Below, piece after piece: positions 25,127-37,129 of a DNA stretch of 64,000 nt. The DNA lies in NCBI RefSeq assembly GCF_964194025.1, contig NC_134473.1, forward strand, positions 70,556,001 to 70,620,000, written 5' to 3'. The position numbers and the translations under genes are program-made. Numbering within the stretch: the first letter of the stretch is position 1; every line of letters starts with the position of its first letter. Source of the stretch: Convolutriloba macropyga. Lineage: Eukaryota. Below the pieces are notes generated by a model that was not told the origin of the DNA, did not search any database, and worked only from the letters and a program-made list of their open reading frames with translations.

Positions 25127-25449
25127 CCATGAAAGCTTTGAACAAGAAGTACAATCTATTCATCTGTACATCTCCAATGACAGAATATTACAATTGTGTC
25201 AGAGAAAAGTACGAGTGGGTCGAAGAGCATCTGGGGTTCGACTTCACATCCAAAATGATCTTGACACGTGACAAGACAGTAGTGACTGGACATGTTTTAA
25301 TTGATGATAAACCAATTATTAAAGGGTGCATGGTTCCTACGTGGAGCCAAGTAGTATTTGATCAACCTTACAACACAGAGACGCGCGGCTTCAGAGTTAA
25401 AAGTTGGAATCAGATAGATAAGTTGATGGACTACATTGACTCCTTATAA
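25127..25449 (+). CDS. 5'(3')-deoxyribonucleotidase, exon 2 (spliced protein 191 aa)
   Basis: tttcag|CC acceptor in frame; FICTSP, EKYEWVEEHLG, ILTRDKTVVTG, LIDDKP. Confidence 0.9.
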
Positions 25450-26659
25450 GCTCGTCCTCTGACAGGTATTTTGTTTATCCTCAGGTTCCGGAAAAGGGAT
25501 GCTGCCACTCTAAGCTGGCGTGAATTCCTGAAATGCATTCGACTTCTCCATTTCTATTGTAGAATACAGACTATATAAATAACGGTGCTTTTCGCCATTT
25601 TATTGAATTTTGGTGGTTTTAAAAGCTCTTAAAAGATTTAAGAGTATGACAGTGGGTTCCAACGTTCTAAGCGTTCTGGAGAATAGAGCAAATGTAACAG
25701 GCAACGCTAGTGTTTGGAGCAAGGTTGTCGTATTTCCTCAAAGCTGGTATTTTTCATCATTGCATGACGGGAGTAGTGATATCTCCTGTAACTGAATAAG
25801 CAGTTAAACAGGCTTGCTCTTTTTAGGGCAAAATGTCAATGATGACAATTTGGCTCCTCTAGCGTTCTTTAAGTAATTGAATTAAACAACAGCTTCCTTG
25901 TTTTTTTTAAATCAAGTTAGTGGAGATACAGCAGCTGGATTGAAGCTGATTTAAAGTGATCTGCATGCGAAATTCACCGTGAAATCATTGTTTTAACAAG
26001 CCAACCATTGCTCCAAAGTTCCATTCCCAACTTTTTACCAGCAGCGGCAGCGTCTTTAACAAAACCTAGGGCGTAGAGGTCCTGACCGCTAAAGAACCGC
26101 TGACACTGAGTCAGAAGTTTCAACTTTTGCTTCAAAATTAACATCATGGATAAAATTTTCACCCCCCCCCCCCCCCCCGTAGGCACTTCGATTCACTAAA
26201 CGATTTACTTGCGAGTAAAAGTTCAAGACACCTTGACATAGTAAATCTAGACGGCTACCAGAAGCCTCAATTGTCGAAGCTCCGTCTTCATCTTATTAAT
26301 GTTGGCAGATATCAAATTTGCGTGGGATTCGATCAGTGTAGTAAACCTATTTTCATTTGCTTTCAGGATAGCGAATATCCTTTAGTCTCATGCAGCGCTA
26401 AACATCACAGAAAATTTAAACATAAACGCACTGATGACATCGAACTACTCTCAAAAGATTCTAAGCTTTATTGGCGATTGAGGTCGATTTTCCAGGAAAA
26501 TGTCGAAACATTCAATCAAAAATATGCGTAAGAGAAACACACTTTTACAATATTTGCTCAACTTAGTTGGAAGTCAATGGACAGGGTATCCATCAACAAA
26601 AAACTGAAGTACCACAACACAAATTCCCCCTCTTCGCGTATTTTTCTAGAACTTTATGA

Positions 26660-27610
26660 TCCACTAATTGATTGCAGTAAAAGTAATGACTTTCTCTTGC
26701 TTTGAGCAAAACACAAATGACCTGACTGCTTGTGTGTAATTTCCTAATATTATATGTCTCTCTTCTTTCTCGCATTGAAAGAATTGACGGAGCACAGAAC
26801 AGATTACCGCGACAGTGTGAGCGTAATTTCCTAAGATTAGATGCATAACTAATTGCAAACAGTAGAACTAATGGATGTCTCTTCTCGAGCGCAGCAGAAA
26901 TTACCTGAAAGATTGATTTTATCTTTCTAAAAATTGGACTCACTAATTGAGCACAGTAAACCAAGTGCCGTCTCTTATTGAGCGTAATGCACTAGTATGC
27001 GTCACTAATCGCATGAACAACAAACATGACCTCAATATTTGAGCATACTTTCCTCATATTAGATACCACATTTTTGAGCACATTAAAATATGATAAGCTC
27101 ATTTTTGAGCACATCACAATTTGACTCACTTTCGAAGCGTAATTAACGACGGCCGCATGTCTCACTAAGTGAGCACACTAAACCTGATGACTGTCTCTTT
27201 GAGATCAGCCCAGTTTTTCTCGGTGTTTAGAATCATTTTTTTTCAACTTGGATGCTACTTTAATAGAGCGAAGCAAAACACGGCTCTATCACTTTCTGAA
27301 CAGAGAATGACCTTACTGTTTTTTGGCACTTTCCGTGAATTTTTTCCCCACTAATTAAACGCAGAAAAAGAAATGACCCGTTTTCAGCGCAGAACAATTA
27401 ACGTCACCTTTTGAGCGTGTTTACCTGTGATTGGTTGCCCCGAAAATGGCGCGCAATTAAATTTCTTTTTGTGCACTGACTGCTCCCTTTTTGAGCGCAG
27501 CGCAATTTACGTCACTCTTCTATCTGAATTTCTCAAAAGTAGGAGCCGCACTAATTGAGCAAATTAAAGCTAGTGAAACTGTACTAAAATTAGACGCCTC
27601 ACTAATTAAC
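26660..27610. repeat. Highly degenerate minisatellite-like tract (CACTAATTGAGCRCA / TTTTGAGCRCA motifs)
   Basis: More than 10 recurrences of TTGAGC(A/G)CA-like cores at roughly 35-70 bp spacing. Confidence 0.5.
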
Positions 27611-27801
27611 CAGTTTAAGGCAAATGACTCTTTTTTATTCCCGCACAATTTACTTCACTGGATAAAAGTATTTTTTTTTACATTTTCTAAAATTTGTTTT
27701 ACAAATTTTAAAAATTGAGTTGAAAACAAAAGATTTGTTATTTGATTTGTATTTTTGTGAGAAGGGAATGTGGATCTTCTAGAAAAAAGAAGCTTGATTG
27801 C

Positions 27802-28330
27802 TGCTTCAAGTTTGCGGAACAACGTTACATTTTTTTACGATTACTCATACACACGCGTACACTCATACAGTTTCTCACAAACGCGAATTCAACAAGGAAC
27901 AATTCGGCAGCTAAGAAAGGGCGGAATTTTGGCGCTATATGTTGAGTTAAAACTAGCAAAATGAAGATGAATAAGCTTACTGCGTTATCTAAAAATAGAA
28001 CATGATTTGGTGGGTAGGTTCCGACAACGAAGGAAGAATGCATGCGCTGATTGGTAGCCCAGTATCACCCTATTGGCATATGTATTCTTCTGAGGATGAA
28101 GTCAACTATCACTTTACACTGTATTCATCCGTGGTAGACAAATCAGGAGATAAATTTGATCTGGAGATAAATTCATTTATATTGTTTTTAAGATTTTTTT
28201 TACTATCAGCCGATGATGAGTAACGGAGGACAAGTGTCTCAGTTTATTTGCCAGAAGAACCACATTTTCTTAGCGAAAGATTCAAGGCTGAGTTTTGGGG
28301 GGTGGACGGCAGTCAGTTCCCAACCACAAA
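27802..28330 (+). repeat. Segment A, unknown coding-like block; further copies at ~29250-29648 (partial) and ~31160-31685
   Basis: Three copies; the plus frame reads IWWVGSDNEGRMHALIGSPVSPYWHMYSSEDEVNYHFTLYSSVVDKSGDKFD... Confidence 0.7.
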
Positions 28331-31300
28331 TCTCTGTAGCGAACATGAAATTGAATTTAAAGCGGGAATAATTCTAAGCGGCGAAAGTGCATATTTCTAG
28401 GCTGTTTCGAAAGCTCGTAATCAGGACAATCTATTTAAGATAATTACATCGCGGCTAACTTGAACAAAGTTTAATCCATTTGTGGAAAGCAGACAATTAG
28501 GCGACCAGATTCCTATGACAACAAATGTGCACAGATGATAGCAAAGCTCTAAAATAGATAAAATGAACAACTGACACAAGCTGAGAGTTTTGAGGGCTGT
28601 CAAATTAGATTGATTAGACAAACAGGCAACCTCTTCTGTGTTCATAGGTTAGTTTGAAGAACAGAGAATAGATAAATAAGTATGGCAAAGTTCAAGGACA
28701 ATCTGGTTCCCACCACAGCGATTGTGCGCCCGCTCCTTCGTCCTGTGCTGCTTCATTATTCGAACCATCGACATCGTCTGCTTAACCCCGATAGAATGTA
28801 CCCAGAAAATGAAGAAAGAGAAAAACTTGAGGGGATTTACTTAAAACTGAGTTCGAATAAGTTTTATATAAACAAATAATAATTCTCCTTTCTGGCCTTT
28901 TTTTTAATCTCGTCACGGTATATTATTAGGCAATGCGGTTTCCCTTCCACTAACTGGAATTTAAGAAATATACCTCCCTGAAACAATCCTTTGTGATTGC
29001 CGGATAAGCTAAGATAGTGTGGCTGTTCGTCGTAAACAGTCATAATATACAAATATTAATTCGGAAGCATCGAGCAACTAATCTCCTGTCTGTTGTATTG
29101 ATAAATTCGACGTCCTCGATCCTCTATATCAACTACTTTGTCGGGTCTGTTGTAGAGGTGCTTATCGGATCCAGTGCCTAATTTAAGGAACAGTTTTTCG
29201 AATTCACCCGCTTGCGTGCGGGTGAACGTAATAAAAGTCGAAGGACAAACACAACGCGAATTCAACAAGGAGCAATTTGGCAGCTAAGAAAGGGCTTAAT
29301 TATGGCGCTATATATTGAGTTAAAACTCGCAAAATGAAGGTGAATAAGCTTACTGCGTTATCTAAAAATAGAGCATGATTTGGCGGGTAGGTTCCGACAA
29401 CGAAGGAAGAATGTATGCGCTGATTGGTAGCCCAGTATCACCCTATAGGCATTTGTATTCTTCTGAGGATAAAGTCAACTGTCACTTTACACTGTATTTA
29501 TCCGTGATAGACAAATCATGAGACAATTTCGATCCGGAGATAACTTCATTTATTTTGTTTTAAGAACTTTTTTACGATCAGCCGATGATGAGTAACTGAG
29601 GACAATTGTCTCAGTCTAATTGCCAGACGAATCACTTTTTCCTAGCGAGTGCCGGATAAACTAAGATGGTGTGGTTGTTCGCCGTAAAGTCATAATATAC
29701 AAATATTAATTCGGAAGCGTCGAGCAACTAATCTCCAGTCTATTGTATTGATAAATTCGACGTCCTCGATCCTCTACATTAACTACTTTATGGTGTCTGT
29801 TTTGGAGGTGCTTATCGGATACAGTGCTTAATTTTACGAACAGTTTTTCGAATTCACCCGCTTGCGTGCGGGTTCCCGTAATAATAGTCGAAGGACAGGC
29901 ACTGACGCAATTGTATTTAGTACGCCCGACGTCGAATGCGACAGTCTAGTATTGTGAATTAACTGCTCTAATGCAATCTCACGACATGCTCCGTCAAGGG
30001 TTTCCGGGACGATGAATTAATCGGTCAAGTAGTGAGGCGGTAGATTATACTATCATTCCAGGTAGAACAATCGCGTATAATTTTAGCTCCATTCTTCAAG
30101 TTGCATAACACTACATTCATGACTAATTAATGGCAGTCATTTGTAGCTGGGGAGGTGGCAATTAGAACTGTATAGGTGAGATATCTTCGTACGAGCATTT
30201 GAAGGTTGTAATACCTAATTTTCAGAACCCAGCGTGAATAAATGACCATTTTCGACAGAATTTTTGGCAACGAATACTCTCCGGGGACGAATACGAATAC
30301 TCTTTTTCTCCTCCGGATGATAATTGCGGGGGTACAGGCCCAATTTTAGCTAACGATCAAGCTCGAAGTGTTTACGATTTTCCAATTTGATAAGTTATAA
30401 GTGACTCTGACTGGTTAAAAGATGAAATTATTAAATAACGAACCTGAGCTGAGAAAATGTTTGTTTTATGCAAATAGACACGCATCTAATCACTTTATAA
30501 ATAAGGGCCACTTGGATTGTTGTCAAGCGACGAAGACCGAATTTTAATAAGCTAAGATACTGCTCGTTTACTACTTTTGTTATCAAAGAATTCATTTTTT
30601 CTGTCTCAATAATTTACATAACATAGTAGGTTTTGGCATCATTCGGGAGTATGATGAGAGTAAAGAGGGGGAGTGTAGCGAACATGAAATTGAGTTTGAA
30701 GGGGGAATACGTCTAAGTGGCGAAACTGCATATATTTAGGCTCTTTAGAAATCTGGTAATTAGGAAATCTGTTTAAGATGATTACATCGCGGCTAACTTG
30801 AACAGAGTTTAATCCCTTTGTGGAAAGCAGACATTTAGCCGACCAGATTCTTATGACAACCAATGTGCACAGATGATAGCAAAGCTCTAAAATAGATAAA
30901 AATGAACAACTGACACAAGCTGGGAGTTTTGAGGGCTGTCAAATTAGATTGATTAGACAAACAAACAACCTATTCTGTGTTCAATGTTCAGTTTAAAGAA
31001 CAGAATAGTTAAATAAGTATAGCAAAGTTCAAGGACAATCTGATTCCCACGACAGCGATTGTGTGCCCACTCCTTTGCTCCCTGCTTCATTAATCGAACC
31101 ATCGACATTTTCTGCTTAACCCCAATGGAATCTACCCTGAAAATAAACAGAAAAACGTAGCTTCAAGTTATCGGAACGTTACATTTTTTTACGCTTACTC
31201 ATACACACGCGTACACTCATACAGTTTCTCACAAACACAAACGCGAATTCAACAAGGAACAATTCGGCAGCTAAGAGAGGGCTTAATTATGGCGCTATAT

Positions 31301-33479
31301 GTTGAGTTAAAACTCGCAAAATGAAGGTGAATAAGCTTACTGCGTTATCCAAAAATAGAGCATGATTTGGCGGGTAGGTTCCGACAACGAAGGAAGAATG
31401 TATGCGCTGGTTGGTAGCCCAGTATCACGCTATTGGCATTCTTCTGAGGATAAAGTCAACTGTCACTTTACACTGTATTTATCCGTGGTAGACAAATCAT
31501 GAGACAATTTCGATCCGGAGATAACTTCATTTATATTGTTTTTATGAACTTTTTTACGATCAGCCGATGATGAGTAACTGAGGACAATTGTCTCAGTTTA
31601 ATTGCCAGACGAATCACATTTTCTTAGCGAAAGATTCAAGTTTGAGTTTTGAAGGGTGGGCCGTAGTCAGTTCCCAACCACCAATCTTCTGTAGCGAACA
31701 TGAAATTGAATTTAAAGCGGGAATAAATCTAAGCGGCGAAAGTGCAAATTTGTAGGCTCCTTCAAAAGCTCGTAATTAGGACAATCTATTAAAGATAATT
31801 ACCTCGCGGCTAACTTGAACAAAGTTTAATCCCTTTGTGGAAAGCAGAAAATTAGGCGACCATATTTTTATGACAACAAATGTGCACAGATGATAGCAAA
31901 GTTCTAAAATAGATAAAATGAACAACTGACACATATGCTGAGATCATTGAGGGCTGTCAAATTAGAGTGATTAGACAAACAGGCAACCTCTTCAGCCTCA
32001 TCACTAACTAGAATTTAAGAAATATGCCTCCTTGAAACAATCATTTGTGAGTCCCGGATAAACTAAGATGGTGTGGCTGTTCGCCGTAAAGTCATAATAT
32101 ACAAATATTAATTCGGAAGCGTCGAGCAATTAATCTCCAGTCTGTTGTATTGATAAATTCAACGTCCTCGATCCTTTACATTAACTACTTTATGGTGTCT
32201 GTTGTGGAGGTGCTTATCGGATCCAGTGCTTAATTTTACGAACAGTTTTTCGAATTCACCCGCTTGCGTGCGGGTTCCCGTAATAATAGTCGAAGGATAG
32301 GCACTGACGCAATTGTATATAGTATGCCCGACGTCTAATGCGATAGTCTAGTATTGTGAAGTAACAAATTCAGGGCGGCGGAAAAGCAGTGGGCTTTGTA
32401 AAGTCTGCAATTATTATTAGAAATAAGATTTTCTTTAGTTTTAAATGATTCATTACAGTATCTCCTCTTCTGCCCTATTGCCATCTCGAGACATACTCCG
32501 TCAATGGTTTCTGGACGTTGAAATTAATCGGTCCCATAGTGTGGCGATAGATTATATTATCATTTCAGGTAGAGAAATTGCGTATAACTTACGCTCGATT
32601 CTTTAAGTTGCATAACACTAATTTTCTTTCACTAATTAATGGCTTTAATTTGTAGCTAGGGAGGTGGCCATTAGAACTGTGTAGGTGAGATATCTTTGTA
32701 CGAGTATTTGAACGATGTAATACCTGAATTTCAGAACCAAGGGAGAATAAATGACAATTTTTGAGCAGAATTTTTGGCTTCGGCGACGAACTTTTTCTCC
32801 TCCGGATGATAAGTGAGAGGATACAGACCCCATCGTAATTAAAGAACAACCTCGACGTATTTACCATTTTCCAATTTGATAAGTTATAAGTAACACTGAC
32901 TGGTTAAAAGATGAAATTATTAAATAACGAACCTGAGCCGAGAAAATGTTTGTTTTATGCAAATAGACACGCATCTAATCACTTTATAAATAAGGGCCAC
33001 TTGGATTGTTGTCAAGCGACGAAGACAGAATTTTAATAAGCTAAGATACTGCTCGTTTACTACTTTTGTTTTCAAAGAATTCATTTTTTCTGTCTCAATA
33101 ATTTACATAACATAGTAGGTTTTGGCATCATTCGGGAGTATGATGAGAGTCGAGAGGGGGGGGGGGACTATAGCGAACATGAAATGGAGTTTTAAGGGGG
33201 AATACGTCTAAGTGGCGAAACTGCATATATTTAGGCTCTCTAGAAAGCTCGTAATTAGGACAATCTATATATGATAGTTACATCGCGGCTAACTTGAACA
33301 AAGTTTAATCCCTTTGTGGAAAGCAGACAATTAGGCGACCATATTCTTATGACAACAAATGTGCACAGACGATAGCAAAGTTCTAAAATAGATAAAATGA
33401 ACAACTGACACATAATCTGAGAGGTTTGAGGGCTGTCAAATTAGAATGATTAGACAAACAGGGAACCTCTTCAACCTCA

Positions 33480-34363
33480 TCACTAACTGGATTTTAAGAA
33501 ATATGCCTCCTTGAAACAATCCTTTGTGAGTGCCGGATGAACTAAGATTGTGTGGCTGTTCGCCGTAAACAGTCATAATATACAAATATTTATTCGGAAC
33601 AGTCGAGAAACTAATCTCCAGTCTGTTTTATTGATAAATTCGACGTCCTGGATACCTCTACATCAACTACTTTGTCGGGTCTGATGTAGAGGTGCTTATC
33701 GGATCCAGTGCCTAATTTTACGAACAGTTTTTCGAATTCACCCGCTTGTGTGCGGGTTCCCGTAATAATAGTCGAAGGACAGGCACTGACGCAAGTTTAT
33801 TTAGTATGCCCGACGTCTAATGCGATAGTCTAGTTTTGTGAAGTAACAAAGTCAGGGCGGCTGAAAAGCATTGGGCCTTGTAAAGTCTGCAATTATTATT
33901 AGAAATAAGATTTTTTTAATTTTTAAATAATTCATAACAGTATCTTTTCTTCTCTAGTGCAATCTCACGACATGCTCCGTCAAGGGTTACCGGGACGATG
34001 AAATTAATCGGTCAAGTAGTGTGGCGGTAGATTATACTATCATTCCAGGTAGAACAATCGCGTATAATTTTAGCTCCATTCTTTAAGTTGCATAGCACTA
34101 CATTTTTGACGAATTAATGGCATTGATTTGTAGCTGGGGAGGTGGCAATTAGAACTGTATAGATGAAATATCTTCGTACGAGCATTTGAACGATGTAATA
34201 CCTAATTTTCAGAACCAAGCGTGAATAAATGACCATTTTTGGTTGAATTTTTGGCAATGAATACTTCGGCGACGAATACTCTTTTTTTCTCCGGAGAATA
34301 ATTGCGGGGATACAGCCCCGATCGTAGCTAACGAACAACTTCGAAGTATTTACGATTTTCCAT
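33480..34363 (-). pseudogene. Array unit without the viral insert: GIN/integrase-Zn-like exon, short intron, OTU-like exon
   Basis: MENRKYFEVVR.LRSGLYPRNY.PE.KKSIRRRS..KNGHLF; HxxSNxH ... IRDCST(W); disrupted by stops and frameshifts. Confidence 0.55.
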
Positions 34364-37047
34364 ATTGATAAGTTATAAGTGACACTGACCGTAGTAAAGA
34401 TGAAATTATGAAATACGAACCCGAGCTGAGAAAATGTTTGTTTTATGCAAATAGACACGCATCTAATCACTTTAGAAATGAGGGCCACTTGGATTGTTGT
34501 CAAGCGAAGAAGACTGAAATTTAATAAGCTAAGATACTGCTCGTTTACTACTTTTGTTATCAAAGAGTTCATTTTTCCTGTCTCAATAATTTACATAACA
34601 TAGTAGGTTTTGGCATCATTCGGGAGTATGATGAGAGTAGAGAGGGGGCTGTAGCGAACATCAAATTGAATCTGAAGCGGGAATACCTCTAAGTGGCAAA
34701 ACTGCATAAATTTAGGCTCTTTAGAAAGATCGTAATTAGGACAATCTATTCTTTGTTGAAAGCAGACAATTAAACGACCAGATTCTTATGACAACAAATG
34801 TGCACAGATGTTAGCAAAGCTCTAAAATAGATAAAATGAACAACTGACACAAGCTGAGAGTTTTGAGGGCTGTCAAATTAGATTGATTAGACAAACAAAC
34901 AACCTCTTCTGTGTTCAATGTTCAGTTTAAAGAACAGAATAGGTAAATAAGCATGGCAAAGTTTAAGGGCAATCTGGTTCCCACGACAGCGATGTGCACC
35001 CACTCCTTCGCTCCCTCCTGCTTCATTAATCGAACCATCGACATTTTCTGCTTAACCCCAATGGAATCGACCCTGAAAATAAAGAGAAAAACGTAAGGGG
35101 AACTTAAAATTGTTTTCGGCGCGGTATATTCTTGCAGCGGTATATTATTAGGCAATGCGGTGTCCCCTCCACTAACTGGAATTAAAGAAATATGCTTCCT
35201 GGAACCAATTCGTTTTGAGTGCTGGATAAGCTAAGATAGTGTGGCTGTTCGCCGTACCCAGAGTCGTAATATACATAAATATCAATTCGGAAGCCTCGAG
35301 CAACTAACCTCAGGTCTGTTGTTTTAATAAATTCTTTGTCCTCGATCCCTCTAGATCAACTACTTCGTCAGGTCTGTTGTAGAGGTGCTTATCGGATCCA
35401 GTGCCTAAATTTACGAAGTTTTTCGAATTCAACCGCTCGCGTGCTGGTTCCCGTAATAATAGTCGCAGGACAGGCACTGACGCAATTGTATTTTCTGTCT
35501 CATAATTTAAATAACATAGTAGGTTTTTCCTAGGAGTATGGTGAGAGTAGAGAGGGGGGGAGTGTAGCGAACATGAAATTGAATTTGAAGGGGTAATGCC
35601 TCTAAGTGGCGAAACTGCATATTTTTAGGCTCTTTAGAAAGCTAGTAATTAGGACAATCTATATAAGATAATTACATCGCGGCTAACTTGAACAGAGTTT
35701 AATCCCTTCGTGGAAAGCAGACAATTAGCCGACCAGATTCTTATGACAACAAATGTGCAGAGATGTTTGCAAATTTCTAAAATAGATAAAATAAACAAAT
35801 GACACATAAGCTGAGAGTATTGAGGGCTGTCAAATTAGATTGATTAGACAAGCAGGCAACCTCTTCTTTGTTCACAGGATAGTTTGAAGAACAGAGAATA
35901 GACAAATAGGTATGGCAAAGTTCAAGGACAATCTGGTTCCCACGGCGGCGATTGTGCGCCTACTCCTTCGCCTCCTGTTTCATTATTCGAACCATCGACA
36001 TCGTCTGCTTAACCTCAATGGAATCTACCCTGAAAATTAAGAAAGAGAAAAACGTAATTTATAACGAGATAGTTCCAATAATAACGAGAGAGTTCCAATA
36101 AGTTGTATATAAACAAATAACAATTCATGTTTTTGGCCTTTGTATCATCTTGCAGCGGTATATTATTAGGCAATGCGGTTCACCTCCACTAATGGAATTA
36201 AAGAAATATGCCTCCTTGAACCAATTCCTTGTGAGTGCTGGATAAACTAAGATAGTGTAACTGTTCGCCGTAACCAGAGTCATAATATACATAAATGTTA
36301 ATTAGGAAGCGTCGATCAACTAATCTCAAGTCTGTTGTATTAATAAATTCGACGTCCTTGATCTCCCTAGATCAACTACTTTGTCGGGTCTGTTGTGGAA
36401 GTGCTTATCGGATCCAGTGCCTAATTTTATGAACAGTTTTTCGAATTCAACCGCTTGCGTGCTGGTTCACGTAATAATAGTCGCAGGACAGGCACGGACG
36501 CAATTGTATTTTTTGTCTCAATAATTTAAATAACATAGTAGGTTTTTTCCTAGGAGCATGATGAGAGTAGAGGTGGGGGACTGTAGCGAACATAAAATTG
36601 AATTTGAAGGGGGGAATACGTCCAAGTGGCGAAACTGCATATATTTAGGCTCCTTAGAAAGCTCGTAATTAGGAAATCTGTTTAAGATAATTACATCGCG
36701 GCTAACTTGAACAAAATTTAATCCCTTTGTAGAAAGCAGACAATTAGCCGACCAGATTCTTATGACAACAAATGTGCACAGATGTTTGCAAATTTCTAAA
36801 ATAGATAAATAAACAAATGACACATAATTTGAGAGTATTGAGGGCTGTCAAAATAGATTGAATAGACAAGCAGGCAACCTCTTCTTTGTTCACAGGTAAG
36901 TCTGAAGAACAGAGAATAGATAAATAAGTATGGCAAAGTTCAAGGACAATCTGGTTCCCACCACAGCGATTGTGCGCCTACTCCTTTGCCCCCTGCTTCA
37001 TTATTCGAACCATAGACATCGTCTGCTTAACCCCGATGGAATATACC

Positions 37048-37129
37048 CTGAAAATTAAGAAAGAGAAAAACGTAAGGGGAACTTAAAACTGAGTTCCAAT
37101 GAGTTGTATATAGACAAATAATAATTCAC
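37048..37129 (-). other. 82-nt GT-AG intron of the array gene
   Basis: Minus strand GAAAG|GTGAATT...TTCTCTTTCTTAATTTTCAG|GGT. Confidence 0.6.

Noticed and set aside
28682-28879. Plus-strand ORF MAKFKDNLVP... in array units
   Set aside because: Antisense to the spliced unit gene; start and frame not kept across copies
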